Shown here in pieces: positions 39,947 to 47,894 of a DNA stretch of 64,000 nt. The position numbers were made by a program, and so were the translations under genes. The notes beneath the pieces are model-generated. The model was not told the DNA's origin. It was given only the letters and a program-made list of their open reading frames with translations, and did not search any database. The stretch is from Phycisphaerae bacterium (GTDB lineage: Bacteria > Planctomycetota > Phycisphaerae > Sedimentisphaerales > UBA12454), in contig JAPLMW010000028.1 in the NCBI GenBank assembly GCA_026386845.1, positions 2,729 to 66,728 of the forward strand, read 5' to 3'. The first letter of the stretch is position 1. Each line of letters begins with the position of its first letter.

Positions 39947-41290
39947 ATGTACTTAGCAGTAATATTGGAGGATAAAAACATAGAACAATGGTATAATTTT
40001 TTAAATGATACTATGCTTAACAAAAATAATAAATTGATTAAACGCTACAAAGCTCGAATAAAAAGGGCAAGAAAAAAGAGGTTTTCTTTATATGACAAAC
40101 ATTATTTTCAGTTAAAAGGCAAAAACGCAGAGGCTGTCTTGAATGAATTAGCACAAAAAACGTTTCTAACTGACTGGTGTTATCTCAACCCTAAATTACC
40201 TGATGAAAAGGAATTATGCGATTTGCTTGTCGTTTTTGATGATATTGCGATTATTTGGCAACTTAAGGATGTAAAACTAAAAAATGACCAAATTAAAGAA
40301 TCGGATTTCAATAAAAATATTAAACAAATATCCGGAGCATATAGGCAGTTATTTGAAATAAAAACAGAGATCGAATTAGTCAATCCAAGACGGGGGAAAG
40401 AAAAGTTTGACCCGGGCAGAATCAAAAATGTGTACCTTATCTCGGTATTTTTTGGAGATAATCCTTTCCGTCTTATGTCTATGATTGATATAAAAGGAAA
40501 GTATGTACACACTTTTACCAGACATTCAATTCAAATTATACTGAATGAATTGGACACAATATCAGATTTTACCAAATACTTAAAAGATATCGAGGATTTT
40601 CGTAAACAAACTAAAGCTGTTATTATAGATGGTGGCGCAGAAGAACTATTAGGGTATTATGTTAAAAACAACAGAAATTTTGATGGGGTTTTAAAACAAC
40701 ATTCCGATATCGGTTTGTATGTTCAAGGTGGGCATTGGGAGAACTTAATCAGAAGAAAAGAATATATTGCGAAACAAAAAGAGAATAAAATTAGTTATGC
40801 CTGGGATTATTTGATTGATATATGCCACACTGGAGATAATCCGGAATACGAACCAATTGCGAGAAAAATGGCCATTCACAATCGCTTCGAAAGAAGAATA
40901 CTTGCTCAAACATTTATTGAAGCACATGAGAAAGCAGAAAGTGTTCAGAATGGAATGTCGTATCGTCGTGCAACAACTTCAAATGGCATAACTTATTGTT
41001 TTTTGTTTTATGGTTATTCGGGAGATAAAGAACAACGGGAAATTCGCAAAACACAGCTTTTTGTATTTTGTTTTATTGCAAGAGGACAATTAAAGAACAA
41101 GGAAGTCATTGGTATAGCAACTGACCAATATGTAAAACCAGATATTGCTTTTGATTATTGCTATATCGATAAGCCAGAATGGACGCAAGAAGACCAAAAA
41201 ATAATGGAAAATGATATGAGAGAGACAGGCATATTTACGAAGATGGACGCGACGCATAAACAATTTTTTGAATTTCCGAAAAACGAATAG
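39947..41290 (+). CDS. hypothetical protein with NERD / PD-(D/E)xK-like N-terminal region
   Basis: A+T-rich 447-aa ORF. GKNAEAVLNELAQKTFLTDWCYLNPKLPDEKELCDLLVVFDDIAIIWQLKD follows the NERD layout (G..GE...L...E-x-D-hhhh...hhhh-[E/Q]-x-K). I recognise no domain in the C-terminal 270 aa. Confidence 0.45.
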   Translation: MYLAVILEDKNIEQWYNFLNDTMLNKNNKLIKRYKARIKRARKKRFSLYDKHYFQLKGKNAEAVLNELAQKTFLTDWCYLNPKLPDEKELCDLLVVFDDIAIIWQLKDVKLKNDQIKESDFNKNIKQISGAYRQLFEIKTEIELVNPRRGKEKFDPGRIKNVYLISVFFGDNPFRLMSMIDIKGKYVHTFTRHSIQIILNELDTISDFTKYLKDIEDFRKQTKAVIIDGGAEELLGYYVKNNRNFDGVLKQHSDIGLYVQGGHWENLIRRKEYIAKQKENKISYAWDYLIDICHTGDNPEYEPIARKMAIHNRFERRILAQTFIEAHEKAESVQNGMSYRRATTSNGITYCFLFYGYSGDKEQREIRKTQLFVFCFIARGQLKNKEVIGIATDQYVKPDIAFDYCYIDKPEWTQEDQKIMENDMRETGIFTKMDATHKQFFEFPKNE

Positions 41291-41365
41291 AAATAATAAT
41301 GACCATGATTTCCCCGCCGCGCAATCAATCCAAAAACTTTTCAACCATCTTCCTATGCCTATTTG

Positions 41366-41388
41366 TTAAAGGTGTCCGGCCCCTTTAA
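41366..41388. terminator. hairpin between the two convergent island genes
   Basis: TTAAAGG-tgtccggcc-CCTTTAA. There is no strong T-run, so it is weak. Confidence 0.3.
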
Positions 41389-41415
41389 TTCTCTCTTCTG
41401 TATCTCTCCTGTAAA

Positions 41416-43386
41416 TTAAATCTCCTCAGCATCTTCCATCATAGCCACACTTCCGAATGTTACTTTAAGAGGTGGTCTTAGAACATCTTTGATTGTATCC
41501 CAATTTATGTTGTTCCCTTCTTCCCGTTCTTCCCAAGTCTTTTTAATAATTTCCACTCCTTTCTGGCATCCTATAGCTATTTCATGAGATAGTTTGCCGA
41601 AACCCAAAACCTCGCCTATCCGGAGACTTTGCTTTCTCTTGTGAATATATTTATATTCTCTAATTTCGTCTTGGTGAATTTGACCTATAAGCGCCGCCGC
41701 TGATTTAGCGGACTTCTCTATCTCTTTTGGCTCCCACAATTCTACCTTTTTTCTGAAATTCTCTTCCAAACTAGTTGTCACAGACATGTGCTCGATGTAG
41801 ACAAGCTCTTTAATAAATTTTTGTATATAATACTTTCCTGCGGGTGTGCATGAAACATAAAATGGAATTTCCAATTGACCCTTCTCAATAAAATCTTCAG
41901 GCAACTGCCCTTGGGGAGAATGTATCAAACTCGAGCTCATCAAAATATCCATGCTTCTCCGCAAGGTCATTTCTGGATACCCACATATTTTTAATACCTT
42001 TAACACTCTCGTCAGAGGAAGTTCATAGTGGAAGGAATTTAATATACTCAAAATGCGAGGCATACAAAGCGAATTACAGAACTCGTGTTCAATATCTCCA
42101 CTTTCAAAAATATTCACTACGAGCGATTGGTCTTCTCCATATTCTCTATGAAAACAGTAATCTCCGCATATGAGACTTTCCATAAATCGCCGCCAAGATA
42201 ATTTTACTTGGAAGTTATTCCCGTCGTAGGAGCTAATCATGTCGTAGATCACCTTCATTGGAATATGACCAGATCGGAACGCAAGTTTTGCCATCGCCAG
42301 TTGAATACGCACGTTATCACTGGACATATCGCACAGTGTTTCCTTAGCATCTTGTTCCGTTAGACTTTCCAGCATCACATTAAGGAATCTATCCGGCTTT
42401 GACAGCGCGACTGATGTTCGTTCAGTCAAATTTATAACAGGAGGGGTTGGGGTAGAAGGCAATTTTTCAACGGCCGTATCTACTCGCTGTTTCAATACAG
42501 AACATGCGTCTGGAGCAAACAACTCTTGATCTGAGAGAAGGTAAGCAGCGGGGGCAATCTCTTGCTGGACAATGGGATAAGTGTGTTCTCTGACGGCAAT
42601 TATGATTTTGGCTCCAGGCATCCACGACAATTTATGGCGAGCCAGTTGAATAGCTCTGCGCTGAACTTCCATAGAAGCATGATCCAAGTTATCCCAAATT
42701 ATAATGGGTTCTTGACCATGTTTTATTAAGTAGTTAATACGTACCCTGTTAAAATTATGGATATCGTCTCGGAATGGTTTTATATGTTTCAGTTTCTCGA
42801 TTTTGGTAGCTGCAGGTGTTAGGTCGCTCCACATTTCCATATAGAAGAGTTTATCAAAGTCACATTCTTCTTCCCACATATTTAAATAATGAGGATCTTC
42901 CTCCAGCCAATTATACCGCCTATTTTTCGTAAAATAGTCGTTAATTCGGTGGTCTACATCTTGCTCCAACATACTTGCTGAAACGGATGCTGTCGCACAA
43001 TCGATAATTATCGGAGTTAAATTTTTGCAAACATCAGGATACTCCCTCGGCAAATATACGGAAAAGAAGAAATTCAAAAAGGTGGTTTTTCCACATCCTG
43101 CATGACCATAAATAAGACGGAGATGTCGTCGGCCTTTCCCTTTTTCTATAATAAAGGATAATAGTCTTTTTTCAGCATCTTCTTTAGGCATGTACCTTTG
43201 CTGTCGTCTATCCCAACGCTTACCAACATACCAGTTAGCTTGATATTTTTCCCGTGGACGTCCGTCAAATTCCTCAAATAAAATTAGAAATGCGGGTTCA
43301 TATGCACGAAATACCCCATTTCGTGGTAGATTGTAATTGCGGCCTATCTCTTCGTCTGTCAAGACACGTTTGCGTTGTTCAGACAT
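41416..43386 (-). CDS. P-loop NTPase, NACHT/STAND-like, with a long helical C-terminal region
   Basis: 656 aa. Walker A LIYGHAGCGKTTFLNFF, Walker B EPIIIWDNLDHAS (compare NACHT hhhhDGhDE), then AKIIIAVREHTY. RBS ggaaggg precedes the ATG. The ORF is A+T-rich. Confidence 0.6.
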   Translation of the reverse strand: MSEQRKRVLTDEEIGRNYNLPRNGVFRAYEPAFLILFEEFDGRPREKYQANWYVGKRWDRRQQRYMPKEDAEKRLLSFIIEKGKGRRHLRLIYGHAGCGKTTFLNFFFSVYLPREYPDVCKNLTPIIIDCATASVSASMLEQDVDHRINDYFTKNRRYNWLEEDPHYLNMWEEECDFDKLFYMEMWSDLTPAATKIEKLKHIKPFRDDIHNFNRVRINYLIKHGQEPIIIWDNLDHASMEVQRRAIQLARHKLSWMPGAKIIIAVREHTYPIVQQEIAPAAYLLSDQELFAPDACSVLKQRVDTAVEKLPSTPTPPVINLTERTSVALSKPDRFLNVMLESLTEQDAKETLCDMSSDNVRIQLAMAKLAFRSGHIPMKVIYDMISSYDGNNFQVKLSWRRFMESLICGDYCFHREYGEDQSLVVNIFESGDIEHEFCNSLCMPRILSILNSFHYELPLTRVLKVLKICGYPEMTLRRSMDILMSSSLIHSPQGQLPEDFIEKGQLEIPFYVSCTPAGKYYIQKFIKELVYIEHMSVTTSLEENFRKKVELWEPKEIEKSAKSAAALIGQIHQDEIREYKYIHKRKQSLRIGEVLGFGKLSHEIAIGCQKGVEIIKKTWEEREEGNNINWDTIKDVLRPPLKVTFGSVAMMEDAEEI

Positions 43387-43497
43387 TGTTAATGCCCTTC
43401 CAAATTACAAACCTTATTTTTTTGATAATAAAATAAATTAAGACAGTGAAACTTTTGAAAAAGTCCACGCCATTAAATTGTTTATTAATTTTTGACA

Positions 43498-43556
43498 TTT
43501 TCTGCTGTTGCAATTCCTCGTTGCTTTACAAAATTCTACCACCGCTTTTTTCAAAG
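43498..43556 (+). repeat. ~60-nt dispersed repeat, copy 2 (copy 1 at 24998-25056)
   Basis: See copy 1. It lies ~110 nt upstream of the NTPase start codon. Confidence 0.75.
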
Positions 43557-43639
43557 TCAATAAAATTTATCCACAAAAACTGATAACCGATAACTGATAA
43601 CCGAATTGCTAAGTCCCAATAGCACAAAACGCGCAACTA

Positions 43640-43772
43640 CGAGTTCGTGAAATTCCTCAAAAACCCTCGGAGCCGTTGAAGCCGCAGCGCAAACCCCCGC
43701 AGGGGGCAGCGAAGACCCCCACGCTTAGTTTTCTCGCTTCGGGGAAACTGTGGGGGCAAAAACTCGTAAAAA
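43640..43772. other. GC-rich multi-hairpin structured element closed by an 8-bp long-range stem
   Basis: tacgagtt (43640-43647) pairs with aactcgta (43765-43772). Inside are cccccgcaggggg and cccccac...gtggggg hairpins. It is followed by iteron-like words: taaaaatccc taaaaaccca taaaaatccc. Confidence 0.4.
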
Positions 43773-44090
43773 CCCCTTACTTTTCGTTAAAAATCCCTAA
43801 AAACCCATAAAAATCCCAAACTTTTTGCCATTTTTCCTGACACTATTATGCTAAGTTGCGCGAATATCAAAAAAAGTTGCGCATTTGAGCGAAAAAAATT
43901 ATCCTAACCCCTTTATTCTCACAAAATATTAACGACTTACATCATTTTCTCCAACGCGAATTAAGGACTTACATTAGTTTTATACTTCTTTACTTCCTTA
44001 TTTCCTTACTTCCTACTTCTAAATTATCTTGTGAGTCTTTTATTTGCAGTTTATAATCTTACTAAACTTACGCATTTAAAGGGATTGACG

Positions 44091-44663
44091 ATGGCAAAGC
44101 AAGTTGTTATTTGGACGCTGGTTACGGCAATATGTTTATTTGCCGGTTGTGCGCAAAAGCAGGTTAAGAAGCCTGATCCGGTATGTTTGGCTGGCACGGA
44201 TGTGAATTCCGCAATGGAGCGGGTTGAGAAGGTTTTATTGAGGATGAATTTCGTTGTTGTAAAAGCCGACCCCACAATAGGTTATATGCTCACCAAACCT
44301 TTGCCCGGCAGCCAATTCTTCGAAATATGGAAAAGGGATAATCGCGACGGCTACAGCAGCGCGATGGCAAATCTTTCCAGCATTCAGCGGACAGCGGAGC
44401 TTAACTTTGTGCAGAGAAATGACTTACTATGCATTGACTGCAATGTTACAATTGAAAGACTCTCGATTCCTGAAAAGGAAATCGACAGCTCCGCAAGGGC
44501 ATATAGTATGTATTCAAAGAGCAACGAAACGACGCACACATTGATTCTCAATAAAGAGCAGGCAAAGAAAATGGACTGGATTAATCTCGGAGAGGATAAC
44601 AACCTTGAAAAATATATCCTCGACAGGATTTATAAGGAATTTACGAAGAAAAAGGGCAAATGA
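44091..44663 (+). CDS. lipoprotein of unknown function
   Basis: MAKQVVIWTLVTAICLFAGC carries a lipobox (LFAGC). I prefer the ATG at 44091 over the ORF-track start at 44031. Confidence 0.6.
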   Translation: MAKQVVIWTLVTAICLFAGCAQKQVKKPDPVCLAGTDVNSAMERVEKVLLRMNFVVVKADPTIGYMLTKPLPGSQFFEIWKRDNRDGYSSAMANLSSIQRTAELNFVQRNDLLCIDCNVTIERLSIPEKEIDSSARAYSMYSKSNETTHTLILNKEQAKKMDWINLGEDNNLEKYILDRIYKEFTKKKGK

Positions 44664-45646
44664 TGAATGTTCTGGTTTGCGGCGGGGCAGGATATATCGG
44701 CAGCAATATGACGGCAATGCTTGCCTCACAGGGGCATAGGCCTATTGTTTTTGATAATCTCAGCAAGGGACATAAAGAGGCTGTAAAAGGACAGGAACTG
44801 ATTGAGGGCGACTTGGCGGATTTTGACCTTCTTGTAAAAGTTTTAAAAGAGAAGAAAATCGATGCGGTAATGCACTTTGCCGCGTTTATTGAAGTCGGGG
44901 AGTCGGTCGAAAAACCGCTCGAGTTTTATCGCAATAATGTTTGCAATACCAGAACACTGCTGACTGCGATGGAAAAAACAGGTGTTAAAAAGTTTGTATT
45001 CAGCAGTTCGGCAGCCGTTTATGGTATGCCAAAAAGCGTTCCGATTACAGAAGACCTTCCAAAAGAACCAATCAATCCCTACGGCGAAACAAAATGGGCT
45101 GTCGAGCAAATGTGCCATTTTCAAAGCCATACCGGAAAACTAAATTACGCTGCTTTGAGATATTTCAATGCTGCCGGAGCAGGCGGAAACGGGACGCTGG
45201 GCGAGGACCACAAACCTGAATCCCATCTTATCCCGCTGGTTATCGCCGCTGCGATGGGCAAAAGAGAAGATATTAAAATCTTCGGCACGGATTATCCAAC
45301 GCCGGACGGAACGTGCATAAGAGATTATATTCATATTGAGGATTTATGCAGTGCGCACCTTTTGGCACTTGAAAAACTCGAAAAGTATAATGAGCTGGTT
45401 TATAACCTCGGCAACGGCAAGGGATATTCGGTTCGGCAGGTAATAGAGACAGTAAAAAAGGTGTCAGGAGCCTTTTTTAAGGTTGTCGAGGCACTACGCC
45501 GACCGGGCGACCCGCCGGTTTTAACCGCCGATGCGGCAAAGGCAATAAAAGAACTTGGCTGGAAAGTAAAATATCCCCAAATTGAGAAAATCGTTGAAAC
45601 CGCCTGGAAATGGCATTCGGCCCATCCCAATGGTTATGGAAAATAA
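44660..45646 (+). CDS. galE: UDP-glucose 4-epimerase
   Basis: VLVCGGAGYIGSN Rossmann motif, SSSAAVYG, and the YGETK (YxxxK) catalytic motif. ATGA overlap with the upstream stop. Confidence 0.92.
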   Translation: MMNVLVCGGAGYIGSNMTAMLASQGHRPIVFDNLSKGHKEAVKGQELIEGDLADFDLLVKVLKEKKIDAVMHFAAFIEVGESVEKPLEFYRNNVCNTRTLLTAMEKTGVKKFVFSSSAAVYGMPKSVPITEDLPKEPINPYGETKWAVEQMCHFQSHTGKLNYAALRYFNAAGAGGNGTLGEDHKPESHLIPLVIAAAMGKREDIKIFGTDYPTPDGTCIRDYIHIEDLCSAHLLALEKLEKYNELVYNLGNGKGYSVRQVIETVKKVSGAFFKVVEALRRPGDPPVLTADAAKAIKELGWKVKYPQIEKIVETAWKWHSAHPNGYGK

Positions 45647-46598
45647 AAATTATATCGGAATAGATTTCGGCGGCACAAACATCAAGATTGGATGTTTCTC
45701 GGCAGATATGAAACTTCTCTGGAAAACTTCTATTCCAACAGACGCACAAATGGGTCCTGCTGCAGTTATCGACAGGATAGTCGAGATAATAAAAGAAATG
45801 GCGGGCAAAAAAAACACTTCCTTAGAAACGATTAAAGCTGTTGGTATCGGCGCACCGGGACCTGCGAAATATACAGAAGGTATTATTATACAATGTGCGA
45901 ATCTGCCGAAGTTTACTAATGTGCCGATAAGCAAAATGCTCAAGGAAAAACTCGGCAAGCCGGTAATTCTCGATAATGATGCGAATGCTGCCTGCTACGG
46001 CGAATTTGTCGCGGGAACCGGCAAGAATATAAAAAATATGGTATTTTTCACATTGGGAACGGGCATCGGCGGGGGGGTTATTTCTGACGGCAAACTGCTT
46101 CGCGGCAGCGATGGCAATGCTGCTGAACTGGGACATATAATCGTGCAGATAAACGGCAGGTTATGCACTTGCGGCCAGCACGGCTGTGCAGAAGCTTATG
46201 CATCAGCTTCAAATACTGCAAAGAGGGCAGTGGAAGCGATAGAAGCAGGAGCCGAGTCAAGTCTTAAAGAGGTATTGAAAAAGAACGGACAGATAACCTC
46301 TAAAGATGTATATGAATATTTGGCCAAAGGCGATGAGCTTGCAAAAAAGATAACAGATGAGACTGCCGAGGTATTGGCAGTGCTTTGTGTTAATGCGCTA
46401 CATTTCACAGAGCCTGAAAAAATTGTTTTTGCCGGCGGGATGATTGCCGCAGGAGATATACTTCTCGACAGGATTAAATATTATTTCAAACAGCATATCT
46501 GGAAAATTAAACAAGAGGATAACGTAGAGATTTGTTTTGCGACCGTCGGCGAAGACGCCGGCATTATCGGCGCCGCTGCTTTAGCAAAAGAATTGTAA
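45630..46598 (+). CDS. glk: ROK-family glucokinase
   Basis: IGIDFGGTNIKIG, GIGGGVI, and the Zn motif CTCGQHGCAEAY. The start is ATG 45630 or 45636; both overlap the galE 3' end. Confidence 0.85.
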   Translation: MVMENKNYIGIDFGGTNIKIGCFSADMKLLWKTSIPTDAQMGPAAVIDRIVEIIKEMAGKKNTSLETIKAVGIGAPGPAKYTEGIIIQCANLPKFTNVPISKMLKEKLGKPVILDNDANAACYGEFVAGTGKNIKNMVFFTLGTGIGGGVISDGKLLRGSDGNAAELGHIIVQINGRLCTCGQHGCAEAYASASNTAKRAVEAIEAGAESSLKEVLKKNGQITSKDVYEYLAKGDELAKKITDETAEVLAVLCVNALHFTEPEKIVFAGGMIAAGDILLDRIKYYFKQHIWKIKQEDNVEICFATVGEDAGIIGAAALAKEL

Positions 46599-47180
46599 TT
46601 AATGTGTGCCTGATTCTGATATTACCTTTTGGAGAAGTTCGTTTAATCCGAGTTTTTTGGCCCAATTTTTCAAATATTCAAAATCGAGAGAATTTTTCTG
46701 CACGGACAAAACGCCCAAAACATCCGTCCATTGACGGTCTGAAGAAAAGTCTGACTGTTTATACCATTTGAGCTTTAAAAGTATAATATCTTCCGGTGAC
46801 ACAAGAGAGAAGGACTTATTGATAGATTCCTCGATTTTGTTTTTTTTGCTTCGAGTCAGAAGCAGTTTTTCAAATTCGCTGTTTGCAGTAAAGATATCTA
46901 TTTTAAAAGCTGTCTCAAAATGAATGATATTAAAACTGCTTTGGGCACGAATCGCCTGATACATAGCCTCCTTACTGATGTAGAAACTATCTTTCAGCAT
47001 TTCATAAAGCCGCTCTGCGACCGGCAAAAAAGGTTGTACCGTAATATCCGCATCTTGTGTAAAACGCGGCGTTCCATATATCGAACTTGCGATTGAACCG
47101 CCGATGGCATATCCTATCTTCAATTCATCAAGAATATCTGTTAGTCTTTTAATTACTTCGCTCTGCTGAACATCACTCAT
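46599..47180 (-). CDS. nucleotidyltransferase-fold protein (downstream gene of an overlapping two-gene cassette)
   Basis: IGGSIASSIYGTPRFTQDADITV fits the NTase signature hG[GS]x9-13Dx[DE]. Its start ATG at 47180 overlaps the upstream gene's stop (ATGAGTGA). Its stop codon directly abuts the glk stop. Confidence 0.55.
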   Translation of the reverse strand: MSDVQQSEVIKRLTDILDELKIGYAIGGSIASSIYGTPRFTQDADITVQPFLPVAERLYEMLKDSFYISKEAMYQAIRAQSSFNIIHFETAFKIDIFTANSEFEKLLLTRSKKNKIEESINKSFSLVSPEDIILLKLKWYKQSDFSSDRQWTDVLGVLSVQKNSLDFEYLKNWAKKLGLNELLQKVISESGTH

Positions 47181-47442
47181 CGGCTTTGTCCCCATAGACT
47201 TTGTTATATAGTTCTTCACCCAGGTGCTGTTTTGCCCATATATGCCAAACCTCTCTTTTGTCGGCATTGGGATATCTCATTCGAATTCCAGTCATTGCAA
47301 GAGACTGTCCAAAACGATAAGCGTCACAGACAATCCCGAATTTTTTTGCCGGACTCATTTTGCGATACAAATCATATTGAATTTCGAGAATCTCTTTTGG
47401 TGTGTCAGTCTTCATTTTCTTATGCAATTCGGTCATAAACAT
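47173..47442 (-). CDS. small protein (89 aa), upstream partner of the NTase gene
   Basis: It is translationally coupled to the NTase gene (8-nt overlap) and I recognise no motif. Confidence 0.5.
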   Translation of the reverse strand: MFMTELHKKMKTDTPKEILEIQYDLYRKMSPAKKFGIVCDAYRFGQSLAMTGIRMRYPNADKREVWHIWAKQHLGEELYNKVYGDKADE

Positions 47443-47552
47443 TATTAGTAAAATCCGCTACATCTGGATTCCCGCTTTCGCGGGAATGACACGACTGTTC
47501 TATCATTATTTTATATCTCTGTGTTCTCTGTGAACTCTGTGGCTAAACTTAA

Positions 47553-47624
47553 AAGCCGATGGTGGGATTCGAACCCAAAACCTCGGCTTTACGAAAGCCG
47601 CGCTCTACCGTTGAGCTACATCGG
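47553..47624 (-). tRNA. tRNA-Thr (anticodon CGT)
   Basis: 72-nt cloverleaf read by hand. Acceptor GCCGATG/CATCGGC; D arm GCTC-AACGGTA-GAGC; anticodon arm CGGCT-TTCGTAA-AGCCG; T arm TTGGG-TTCGAAT-CCCAC (one mismatch). No CCA is encoded. Confidence 0.88.
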
Positions 47625-47894
47625 CACATTTATTGAAGAATGAAAATTGAAGATTTAAAATTACTAAAAATAATTCCGCCACAGGCGTTCTATAATCTTC
47701 ATTCTTCAATCTACAATCTTCATTGTCTAAAAGAATATAACCCGACAAGCAATAATTGTAAAGCAAACATCCGCGACTCCGAGCCGGTATAATATTTCTT
47801 GCAATTAAACCATTTGTTTGATATAAGATTCTTTTTCCTATATAAATCAATTTCTAAAATGTAACTCTTTATTATCTAATGACTTATAAGGACA

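Noticed and set aside
24998-43556. The two ~60-nt direct repeats as boundaries of an 18.5-kb mobile island
   Set aside because: The enclosed segment contains core genes (ileS, polA). The copies are therefore more plausibly members of a dispersed repeat family.
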